This document shows, piece after piece, positions 8,783 through 18,700 of a stretch of DNA of 37,627 bases (position 1 is its first letter; the number at the start of each line of letters is the position of its first letter). The notes under the pieces were generated by a model. That model was not told the origin of the DNA. It searched no databases and saw nothing but the letters and a program-made list of their open reading frames with translations. This stretch comes from a virus. Lineage: Duplodnaviria > Caudoviricetes. The stretch is from positions 1 to 37,627 of IMG/VR virus record IMGVR_UViG_3300032253_000012. The stretch is one strand, 5' to 3'. The translations under genes and the position numbers were made by a program.

Positions 8783-9334
8783 ATGAGTCAAGCAGTAGTT
8801 AAAGAACAGGAAAAGGCAATAGTTTTGTCAGTAGGTGCATTGAAATATGCTGAATTTGAACAAACACACATCGTTGTTACGATTGATGATCTGTCTATAA
8901 CACCAGAGGATGTAGTTAAGCCTGAATTTTGGGCTAACCATGGTGTTGTTTTGGCCAACTCAATTAAGGGTCACGCCTTTCCAAAAGTTGATGTTTACTG
9001 GAAAGATGGTTCAATCATGATGGAGCTTATTTGTATTGGTGCTGGAAAGCTTTATGCACATATGCGTATTAAGTCTTGTGTTAAGCTTTGGAGGCCAGAT
9101 GATTTCTTTAATATTGATGATAGCGTTGATGATAATATAGAGCCTATCGCCCCGCCTGTAGCTGTAAAGACAGAATCAAATAATGATATTTCCAATGATT
9201 TTAAGGTTGGCTGGATAAGCCCCTCAAGTAAAAACGGTGTAAAGCGCTTATCAGATAAAGAAATTCTTGTTGATAAGCTTGAAACAAAAGAAGAGGCTGA
9301 GGTCTGGTTTAAGCAGTACCTTGAATCACAATAG
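8783..9334 (+). CDS. Hypothetical protein
   Basis: SD CAGGAG; 183-aa ORF in operon with tail genes. Confidence 0.75.
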   Translation: MSQAVVKEQEKAIVLSVGALKYAEFEQTHIVVTIDDLSITPEDVVKPEFWANHGVVLANSIKGHAFPKVDVYWKDGSIMMELICIGAGKLYAHMRIKSCVKLWRPDDFFNIDDSVDDNIEPIAPPVAVKTESNNDISNDFKVGWISPSSKNGVKRLSDKEILVDKLETKEEAEVWFKQYLESQ

Positions 9335-9348
9335 TTTAGGAGAAGTCC

Positions 9349-9978
9349 ATGGCCATTGATAAGCTTAAACTCTATAAAGGCGCACTTAGATTATGCGGTG
9401 AGCGTAGCGTTACACTCTCAGAAGAGCGTGAGCCAAGACGTTTGCTTGATGATGTATGGGATGAGGACGCTATAAAATATTGTTTAGAGCAGGGTCAATG
9501 GCAGTGGGCTACTCGCACAGTTGAGCTAACAGCAAGCTCTACTGTTAGCCCTGATTTTGGATATAGGTTTGCCTTTGAAAAGAATAGTGACTATGTGCGC
9601 ACCACAGCACTTGCTACTGATGAGTATTTCTCAAATGGCTTTACTCAATATCGTGATGAGGGTGGCTACTTCTTCGCTGATCTTGATACATTATATCTTG
9701 CTTATGTATCAGATGATGCCTCTTATGGTCGTGATTTCTCTCTATGGCCCTTAAGTTTTTCCAAATTTGTTATGGCTTATATGGCCTTTGAGGTTGCGCC
9801 ACGATTAACTGGTGTAAAAGTTGATATGGAAAAATTAGAGCGCCAAATGGATAAGCGTTTGCAAGAGGCTCAAAACAAAGATGGTGTTAATCGTCCAGTA
9901 CAGTTCAAGCCTCAAGGCTCATGGAATGGCTCTCGAAGAGGTGGGCGCTCTTATCCAAGAACAGAAAGGTGGTCATAA
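9349..9978 (+). CDS. Tail tubular protein A / head-tail adaptor (T7 gp11-like)
   Basis: ALRLCGE start, WQWATRTVEL, YRFAFEK, F..FVMAYMAFEVA..LTG pattern; position. Confidence 0.8.
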   Translation: MAIDKLKLYKGALRLCGERSVTLSEEREPRRLLDDVWDEDAIKYCLEQGQWQWATRTVELTASSTVSPDFGYRFAFEKNSDYVRTTALATDEYFSNGFTQYRDEGGYFFADLDTLYLAYVSDDASYGRDFSLWPLSFSKFVMAYMAFEVAPRLTGVKVDMEKLERQMDKRLQEAQNKDGVNRPVQFKPQGSWNGSRRGGRSYPRTERWS

Positions 9979-12663
9979 ATGCCTCGCGCATCTATTCCGT
10001 TACTTGCCTTTAATCGTGGTGTTATAAGCAGTCTAGCTTTGGCACGTACTGATATTCCAAGAACAGCTCTTTCTGCTGAGGAACAGACAAATTGGATGCC
10101 TCGTGTGTTGGGTAGTATGATGCTAAGACCTGGGCTTGAATATATCAGTGCATCTAAAAATAATGCTACGGCTTTTCATATTCCTTTTATATTCTCTACA
10201 TCAGATACCGCTGCCATACAAGTTTCTGATCAAAATCTGCGCGTTCTTGTTAATGATGCCTTGGTTACACGTAATTCTGTAAGCACTGCTGTGCAAAATG
10301 GTGACTTTGCATCTGCTACTGGCTGGACAGATATAGATGAAAGTGGCTCAACCTCTACCATAACTAGCAATCAATTGCAGCTTGTCGGTACAAAATTTGC
10401 GGCTGCTGGTCGTCAGCAAGCCCTAACAATAATTAGTGCAGATCAAAACATTGAACATGCGGTTCGTATTGTTGTGGATCGCGGTCCTATAACATTCAGG
10501 CTTGGTACTACATCAGGTAGTGATGATCTTATTAGTGAAACTACGCTTGGTGAAGGTATTCACTCTCTTGCTTTTACTCCGACAACAGGAACAGTTTATC
10601 TTGAAATGACTTCTCTTGCGCAGGCAATGAAGATTGTTAGCTCTTGCACCATTGAGTCCTCTGGTACGATGGATATTGCTGCTCCATGGCTTGAAGCTGA
10701 TTTGCAATATATAAGATATGATCAATCGGCTGATGTTGTTTGGGTTACTTGTAGTGGTTACGCGCCAAGGAAAATAGAGAGGAGAGCTACGCGCTCTTGG
10801 AGTATAGTTCTTTATGATCCGCAAGATGGGCCATTTGATAATATCAATACAAGTGTAACAAATGTTACTGCGAGTGCATTAACTGGTGATATAACGCTTT
10901 CCTCTAGCCGTAACCTTTTTAAAAGCACTGATGTAGATTCGCTTATGAAAATTGGTGGTGTTGGTCAAGAGGTTAATCTTACCGCTAGTGGTGAGAATCA
11001 GTTCTCTGATGATATACGGATAATTGGTGTTGGATCTTCCAGATATGCTTATGCGACAATTACAGGAACATGGTCTGCAACAATTACAGTTCAAATATCT
11101 TATGGCGCTCCTGGCTCATGGGTGGATTTTAGCACATACAGTACAAATGTTACAGATAGCTTGAATAATGATGGTTTAGATAACCAAGAAAACTATTTAA
11201 GAATAGGCATTAAGGCTGGTGATTATACATCGGGAACGGCCACTGTTACCCTAAGAACATCATCAGGTACAATTCTTGGTGTAGTTAAAATAACGGGATA
11301 TACAGATGAAAAAACAGTTAGTGCGGCAGTAGTTAAGGATTTAGGTAGCACAGATGCTACTGATGAGTTTTATTTAAACACCTTCTCTGATCGCAAAGGG
11401 CAACCTTCGAGTGTGAGATTGCATGAGGGGCGCTTATGGTTGGCAGGTAAAACAAAGTTGGTTGGTAGTGTATCTGATGCGTATGAAAGCCATGATGATG
11501 AGGTTATAGGTGATAGCGCACCATTAAATAGGTCTTTAGGGCAAGGGCCTATAGATGATGTTAATTTCTTAATATCTTTAAATCGCTTAATACTTGGTAC
11601 TGATGGTGCAGAAACCAGTGCAAGATCATCATCATTAGATGAGCCTTTAACAGTAACAAATTTTAGTCTTAAATCACCATCTACACAGGGTAGTGCAAAA
11701 GTTGATGCTGCAAAAATAGATGATATGGCTATATTTGTGCAGCGCTCAGGTTCAAAAGTCTATCAAATAAATAATAAAGGCGATCTTACATATGGTGATT
11801 ATCAATCGGTTGATCTTACAGAGCTTGCACCTGCCATTGGATTGCCTTCAATAGTAAGGCTTGCCGTTCAAAGACAGCCAGACACAAGAGTCCATTGTGT
11901 TCGCTCTGATGGTAAGGTTGCCGTTCTTGTAAGTGAGCCTGCCGAAGATGTGTTGTGCTGGATAGTTGTTGAGACTGATGGCCTTATAGAAGATGCTTTT
12001 GTTCTTCCAGGGACAGTCGAAGATGAGGTTTATTATCTTGTTAAGCGTACAATAAATGGCTCTACAGTTCGTTATCTTGAAAAATGGGCGCTAGAGAGCG
12101 AATGCCAAGGTGATGATATAAACAAGCAAGCTGATAGCTTTTTGGTTTATGATGATGTTTCTACCACTTCTATTACAGGTGTAGATCATCTTGAGGGCGA
12201 AACTGTAGAGATATGGGCTGATGGTATTTATGTAGGTACAAAGGTAGTTACATCGGGCGTGGTTACTTTGGATAATGCTGCATCTAAGGTTTGTCTTGGG
12301 CTTTATTATGAGGCTAGGTTCAAAAGTGCCAAGCTTGCTTATGCTGCTGCGATGGGAACGGCACTTACTCAGAAGAAAAAGGTTGATCATCTTGGGCTTA
12401 TATTAGAAAACACTCACCTTGATGGCATTCTTTATGGATCTTCATTTACCAAAGTAAATGGAAGTTATGTTGATCTGGATTCTTTACCAAAATATGAAGA
12501 GGGGGCGCTTGTTGCTGATGATACGGTACATGAAAGCTATGATACTGAGCCAATAGAATTTGATGGAACATGGGATACTGATTCTCGTGTTTGTCTATTG
12601 GGTAGAGCGCAGCGTCCATGTACTGCTTTGGCAGCAATAGTACAAATGAATACGAATGGTTAA
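9979..12663 (+). CDS. Tail tubular protein B / nozzle (T7 gp12, P22 gp10-like)
   Basis: FNRGVIS, LRPGLEYI, YDQSADV, PSSVRLHEGRLW, IFVQRSG, HLEGETVEIWADG motifs. Confidence 0.85.
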   Translation: MPRASIPLLAFNRGVISSLALARTDIPRTALSAEEQTNWMPRVLGSMMLRPGLEYISASKNNATAFHIPFIFSTSDTAAIQVSDQNLRVLVNDALVTRNSVSTAVQNGDFASATGWTDIDESGSTSTITSNQLQLVGTKFAAAGRQQALTIISADQNIEHAVRIVVDRGPITFRLGTTSGSDDLISETTLGEGIHSLAFTPTTGTVYLEMTSLAQAMKIVSSCTIESSGTMDIAAPWLEADLQYIRYDQSADVVWVTCSGYAPRKIERRATRSWSIVLYDPQDGPFDNINTSVTNVTASALTGDITLSSSRNLFKSTDVDSLMKIGGVGQEVNLTASGENQFSDDIRIIGVGSSRYAYATITGTWSATITVQISYGAPGSWVDFSTYSTNVTDSLNNDGLDNQENYLRIGIKAGDYTSGTATVTLRTSSGTILGVVKITGYTDEKTVSAAVVKDLGSTDATDEFYLNTFSDRKGQPSSVRLHEGRLWLAGKTKLVGSVSDAYESHDDEVIGDSAPLNRSLGQGPIDDVNFLISLNRLILGTDGAETSARSSSLDEPLTVTNFSLKSPSTQGSAKVDAAKIDDMAIFVQRSGSKVYQINNKGDLTYGDYQSVDLTELAPAIGLPSIVRLAVQRQPDTRVHCVRSDGKVAVLVSEPAEDVLCWIVVETDGLIEDAFVLPGTVEDEVYYLVKRTINGSTVRYLEKWALESECQGDDINKQADSFLVYDDVSTTSITGVDHLEGETVEIWADGIYVGTKVVTSGVVTLDNAASKVCLGLYYEARFKSAKLAYAAAMGTALTQKKKVDHLGLILENTHLDGILYGSSFTKVNGSYVDLDSLPKYEEGALVADDTVHESYDTEPIEFDGTWDTDSRVCLLGRAQRPCTALAAIVQMNTNG

Positions 12664-13039
12664 TGAACGTGTAGAAATAAGACCAGCCACAAGGCAGGAT
12701 ATTAAAGAATTTTATGGCAATACGATGAGGGATTCTTGTCGAGCATGGAGTGGATTTTATGATGGAAAACTTGTATGTGTCGCAGGCGTAGCCATAACAC
12801 GCAATCTTATGTTAGTATTTATGGAGATGCGTTCCGATGATGATGTGCCTGATATTACTGTTTGGAGGGGTGCATTAGAAATTTGGTCAAAAATACAAGA
12901 CCTTGGTTATAGCGTTCTTTATGCTGTAGCTGATCCGAAGTTAGAAACTGCACCAGCCTTTTTGTCTAGGTTGGGATTTGAACATATAGAAAGCTCTGTA
13001 AGAGGGGAAATATATAGATGGCCGCTCCAATATCAATAG
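12656..13039 (+). CDS. GNAT-fold-like protein (T7 gp13-position virion assembly protein)
   Basis: IRPATRQDI start and AFLSRLGF end typical of GNAT folds; position between nozzle and ejection proteins. Confidence 0.65.
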   Translation: MVNERVEIRPATRQDIKEFYGNTMRDSCRAWSGFYDGKLVCVAGVAITRNLMLVFMEMRSDDDVPDITVWRGALEIWSKIQDLGYSVLYAVADPKLETAPAFLSRLGFEHIESSVRGEIYRWPLQYQ

Positions 13040-13602
13040 GTTTAATGGTAGTATCAACAGCATTGACTGCTGCCTCCGCTATACAGCAAGGGAATGCTGC
13101 TGACGTACAAGCACAAGCGCAACAGCAAATGCTTAACTCACGCGCTTTGCAGGCTGATATGAAGGCCAATGAAGAGAGGGCGCTCACACAGCGTAGTGCC
13201 AATGAGGAGCGTAGGCAGGCTGAATTATCCACCTCACGCGCTCAGGCACTTACTGCGGCAAGTGGTGGCTCGACCTTAGATCCCTCTATTGTAAATCTCA
13301 TGGGTGATCTTGCTGCCGAGGGTGATTATAATGCAGGAATTGAAACATTTCAGGGTGAATCTCGTGCGCGTGATCTTGAGTTTGGTGCAGAGCTTGACAG
13401 ATATAGTGGTGTGCAAGAGCGCAAAGCTGGTAAAGCTGCAAGGAAAGCAGGCTTTTTAAAGGCTGGTGCTACAGTTCTTAAGGGCGGCTCTTCCATGTAT
13501 AGTAAATATGGAAGCGGGGCTGGTTCTGAAAAAATATATTGGAATGATGGCACGTCTGGTAATTATACAAGATCAGGTAACGTAATGAGAGGTTATAGAT
13601 AA
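13018..13602 (+). CDS. Internal virion (ejection) protein, T7 gp14-like
   Basis: Hydrophobic N-terminus, A/Q-rich helix, AASGG motif. Confidence 0.75.
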   Translation: MAAPISIGLMVVSTALTAASAIQQGNAADVQAQAQQQMLNSRALQADMKANEERALTQRSANEERRQAELSTSRAQALTAASGGSTLDPSIVNLMGDLAAEGDYNAGIETFQGESRARDLEFGAELDRYSGVQERKAGKAARKAGFLKAGATVLKGGSSMYSKYGSGAGSEKIYWNDGTSGNYTRSGNVMRGYR

Positions 13603-15743
13603 TGCCAGTATTACCAAATACCTATTCACGTAGAAGAACAGCAAGCTCACAGCGAGGCGTTAGAGGCTATAACACTTCTGCGAGTGGAAGAGGTGAGAGA
13701 GCCAATGCTGATGCTCTTGCTTCTGCTGGTAGAGATATTGGTAGTATAGCTGATGAAAGATATAAAGAAAAAGAACGTGAAGGCCGTAACACGGCACAAG
13801 AGGCAAGAACACGTAAAGAGGTAATGGATAAGAGTGCTATACTCAATGCACAAGAGCGTGAAAATACTGCGCAGCGCAGTATGCTTGATCTTATGTATGG
13901 CACTGATGATACACCTGGTCTATATCAAGCCAAGGGGTCTGATGCTCTTAATGCAGAAAGCACCTTTGAGGATAAATGGAAGAAAATTAAAGAAACAGGA
14001 TTAAATGGTGTTGAAAATGGCATTGCTAAAAGAGAGCTAGAAAAATCATTCCAAAATATGTATGAAACAACTCTTGGTAATGTAAAGCGTTACCGAAATG
14101 CAGAGAGTGATAAATATTTTGCTGGCTTATCACAGGATACAATTAGTCTTGAAAATAATCGTGTTCGTTTTGAGTATAATAATGATGATACTTTTGCTAT
14201 GGCTGAGGATAAGGTAAGGAAAAGTGCTAATAATTTAGCAATGGCAAATGGTGTTGATGCTACACCTCTTATAAATCAGCAAATATCATCATTATATCAA
14301 AGTAAAATAATTGGAATGCTTAGTAGCAATGATGCTTCAATTATTCTTGATGCACAAGATGTTTATGATAACGCACGTAAGCGAGGTAAAATAAAAGACT
14401 TTACTACAGCAATGAAGATAGAGAAAGCCCTTGCCTCTGTAGTTCCTGATGCTGCTGCCAAGCATATTTATGATACAAAAACTTATAAAGCAATGAAAAC
14501 AGATAAGGCTGACATTATATCCTTTATCGTGAATGACATTGAGGGTGGCGATGAAATAGCGCAAGAGCCTGATGGTGCGATTGCAAAATATGGAATCAAT
14601 AGTGAGGCCAATCCTAATGTAGATGTTGCAAATCTTGATGAGGCGGGGGCTAATGCTCTTAATGATAAGCGCTGGAAAGATTTTATGATTGATGATGTTC
14701 CTGAGGATATGAAGCTTATTGCTTTTGATACTGCATTTAATCATCGCCGTGATTTTGCTCAAAATGTAGTTGAGAAAATCCGTAGTGGAGCAACGCCTAA
14801 TGAGGTTCTTGATCTAAGATTAAAAGAATATCAACGCTTGGTTAAGGCCAATCCTAAAAAATATGGTAAATATTATAATGGCTGGAAAAACAGGCTAGAA
14901 AAAATATCAGATCAAATGGTGGGCGGCGCAAAGTTTGATGAGAAAAAGATTTATAAGACCGCTGAAAATCTTGATAAGAGATATAAGGGAGCAGGTAAGG
15001 CCCTTATTGATCTTTACAATGCTGATCAGAAACTTCGCGCAGAAGCAAAGAAAGCTGCAAAAACATCTGTTCAAGATCAGGTGATTAAATATAACTCACA
15101 AAATAATGGTGATTACAGTAACATGCCTGCTGATCTTAAGGCGCAGGCTGCACTTATGAATATTGATGTAACGCAGTATAAGGGCGTATCTGATCGTGAA
15201 ACTGTAGATGAGCTGGATATTATGACTTCTGATCAATTATCCAATGTTGATCTTGATGATCCTATCTATGCGCAGAATTTAACCTTTGATGATTTACAGA
15301 GCTATAAAGAGCAACAGCAAAAATTATCTCAGCCTGAGAGTAAATACCTCAAAGATAAAATTGATGGTGTTGTTGGGTATTTCTATAGATCAGAGCTAAA
15401 CAAAAATCCTGATGATAAAAAGGTTAAGGCTGATTATGCCAATATGAATAGATATGTCCAATTTGAGGCGCAAAAGATATTTGAGAAGAATGGTAAAGTA
15501 ACAGATAAAGAGCTTTCTGATTTATCAAAAGATTTCTTTAAAAACCGTATATATGATCCTGGTATTCTTAGCGGTGAGATTGCAAATGTCTATTCGATGC
15601 CAGTTAAGGATATTCCTGCTGATATTCGTAAGGCAATAGAGGTAAGCCTAGCTAATGAGGGCAAGCTTACAACTGATGAATCCGTAAGACAGCGTTATAT
15701 TCTGCACTTGCGCAGACAAGGACAAATAGAGGAAGCAAAATAA
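13602..15743 (+). CDS. Internal virion (ejection) protein with embedded GH108-like lysozyme/peptidoglycan-binding module
   Basis: Helical body; internal IEGG...KYGI...LIAFDTAFNH...YYNGWKNRL (about 14520-14910) follows the GH108 + PG_binding_3 pattern. Confidence 0.75.
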   Translation: MPVLPNTYSRRRTASSQRGVRGYNTSASGRGERANADALASAGRDIGSIADERYKEKEREGRNTAQEARTRKEVMDKSAILNAQERENTAQRSMLDLMYGTDDTPGLYQAKGSDALNAESTFEDKWKKIKETGLNGVENGIAKRELEKSFQNMYETTLGNVKRYRNAESDKYFAGLSQDTISLENNRVRFEYNNDDTFAMAEDKVRKSANNLAMANGVDATPLINQQISSLYQSKIIGMLSSNDASIILDAQDVYDNARKRGKIKDFTTAMKIEKALASVVPDAAAKHIYDTKTYKAMKTDKADIISFIVNDIEGGDEIAQEPDGAIAKYGINSEANPNVDVANLDEAGANALNDKRWKDFMIDDVPEDMKLIAFDTAFNHRRDFAQNVVEKIRSGATPNEVLDLRLKEYQRLVKANPKKYGKYYNGWKNRLEKISDQMVGGAKFDEKKIYKTAENLDKRYKGAGKALIDLYNADQKLRAEAKKAAKTSVQDQVIKYNSQNNGDYSNMPADLKAQAALMNIDVTQYKGVSDRETVDELDIMTSDQLSNVDLDDPIYAQNLTFDDLQSYKEQQQKLSQPESKYLKDKIDGVVGYFYRSELNKNPDDKKVKADYANMNRYVQFEAQKIFEKNGKVTDKELSDLSKDFFKNRIYDPGILSGEIANVYSMPVKDIPADIRKAIEVSLANEGKLTTDESVRQRYILHLRRQGQIEEAK

Positions 15744-18700
15744 ATGCCCGAAGATTTTAATGCAGATTACTTCTCAGGTCTTGCGGCTAATGCTAATGAT
15801 CAAAAATCACAAGAAGCTCGTAGGTCTGTTATTGCTGCGAGTGATTCCAATCCTGATCTAGCTGCGCGTGCAAGTGATGTTTCAAAAGAGCTAAGCGTTC
15901 CTCAGCGTGCAGTTGAAAAGGACCTTAGTTTTTATGAGCGCGAGAAAAACTTTAATGCAGATTACTTCTCAGAGATTGGTAAGAAATATCCTTCTATGCT
16001 GGATTTTGTTTCTGATCCTGATAATGCAAGTATTGTTCATGATGATTTATCGTATTTAGAGAACACAGGTAAGGCTTTAGGCTCAATGGGTAGAGCCTTT
16101 GGTGTTGGTGCTACTTATGATGTTACGTCTGGAATTTATGGAGCAATCGAGGTTGGCTCTGGCGTATTATCAGATGTTATAGGAAAGCCTGCTGATAAAT
16201 TACTTTCCTATATGGGTGCAGATCAAGGAAGCTCTGTTGATATTTTTGGGGCAGTTAGTGAAATTGCAAAAAGAGGACAGATTGCGACACAAAGCCAGTC
16301 TGATATAAATACAGAAATATTAAGCAAAGACTCCAATCTTGCTATAAACCTTCTTACCTCTGCATCGCGCTCTGTTGGTACTACATTGACTGGTACTGTT
16401 GGTTCTGTACTAACAGGTAATCCAGCAATAGCACTTTCATCTATGGGTACAGTTACAGGCGGTAGCGCCATGGCAGATGCAAAGCGACAAGGGCTATCAA
16501 ATGCAGATTCATTAAAATATGGTATTCTGCAAGGCGGTGTTGAGGTAGCTACAGAAGCTATGCCTATGTTCAATCTTATAAAAGATTTAGATGCAGGATC
16601 AGGCTTTTTTAAATTGATCGCCAATCAAATGATTGCAGAAGTTCCTGGTGAGCAAGTGGCTACATTACTGCAAGATTTTATTGAATATTCAACATTGAAC
16701 GAAAGGGGCATAACTTTTCAGGAATATCTTAACTCTATTCCAGCCTCACAAGCTTTTACACTTGGCTCTACTGTTATAGCGGTAGGAATGCAAACAGGGG
16801 CAGTACAGGCAATCAATAGAGCCTCGCGTGGCAAGAGAGAGCCTGAGCCTAACCCGAATGAGGTTGCCAGTTATATTAAGAATGTTGGTAAAGCTATTGC
16901 TGATAAAAACGGTAAGCTTATGGGCAGATCAAAGCCAAAGATGCGTGAGTATATCGAAAAAACAACAGGTGATAAGACTTTCTATCTTGATGCTGAGGTA
17001 GTTTCAACACTCTATCAGAGCATGACAGAAGAACAGCAACAAGAAATACTTAATGCCATACCTGATTTTGAGGCTTCTCTTGATCAGGCGGTAAATACGC
17101 TAGATAGTTTTGAAATACCTGCTGCTGATTTCTTCACATATATACAGCCAAATGATACAGAAAATGTACTTGATGAGTATGTTACCTTTGCACCTGAGCA
17201 TTATAGCGCTGCGGATATACGAGAAGTTGATGAGATGATCTCTGATCTTATAGAGCAAGCAGATCAAGCGCAGCAAGAAATGGCTAATGGTGATGTTGTA
17301 GAAAATAATATCTATCAGCAATTACTACAGACATTCAATGGCAGGAAAGCACCTTCTGGCCGCATTGATGTTGCGCGTATGATGGCACAAAATCCAAGAG
17401 CTTTTTATGAAACTCTACTTGAGCGCACTGAGAATAACCCGCAGGTTAAAGAGATTCTTGATCGTCTTATACGTGATGTAACTATACAGCGCGAAGTGCC
17501 AAATCTTAAGCGTGTGCTTAAGGTTGAAAACATTGATCTTGATATTGATCGTGTTCGTGAGCGTGCCAAGCGCCGCGCAAAGGCAGAGCAAAAGGCTAAT
17601 GAGCAACCAGCCGATATGTTTGGTAATAAGAAAAAGAAGCGTAAAGGCAAAGCCAAGCCGACTCCTATTATAAGTTGGTTGGGTAAACGTGCAGGTATTC
17701 GCGCCACTGGTACAATGGCAAGAGAGCTTGCGGCCATGGATATTACACCAAAAACGCATCCACGGCTTTTCAGTTCAAAAGGTCTTGGTGCAGTAGATAA
17801 TATTCCTACAGAAGAGTTTAATGCAGAGATTGGTAATGATATAGGGCTTATAGCTCCTCCAAATGAGGCGGGTTATGTTGATCCTAATTGGCTTATAGAG
17901 CAGATTCGCAATGAAAGCTTTGGTGAAGGTGCTTTAACTCAGCAACAGCAACAAGATGAGGCTGATCAGAAATATCTTGATGATATAGAGCAGGTCATGC
18001 AAATGGTTGGCGTTGATATTGATATGGAGAATGCTCAGATAAAAGATGAGCTAAGCGCTTATTCCAAGAGGCTTCAAAATGAATTTGATGGCGCACAGGA
18101 TACTTTATATCAATTTGCTGGACGTAAATCTGAAACTGCTGATTTAACAAAACTTGATGAGGCTCAAGCTAGGCTTAATAATGGTGAAGATGCAGAAACA
18201 ATCAGGTATGATACTGGCTGGTTTAAAGGTAAAGATAATAAGTGGCGTTACGAGATTGATGATTCTAAGGCAAGTTTAAATGTTGATCCTGATATGCTTG
18301 TTGATGGTGGTAGCACAACACTCGGTATATTTTTTAATCATGATAAATTATATAAGTCATATCCTAATATTGAAGATAATATTCAAGTTGTTGTTGATTC
18401 TTCAATTAAGACAAAAGCGGGGTATGGATTTGATGGGGCATCTAAGAAGATGGCTATATTTATAAATCCTGAAAGATTAAAAGGAGAGAAAGAAATAATA
18501 TCTGGATTATCACATGAGATACAGCACGTTATTCAAGATATAGAGGGTTTTGATGGTGGTGGTAAGGCATCAGATATTATTAAAGCTCTTAAAAAGCAAG
18601 TCAGTGATGCTAAGGAGGAATTAAAGCATTATAAGGAAGGTAAAGATAATAAAGAAAGAAAAAGGCATCTTGAATATATTGCAAGCAAAACACCCGAAAC

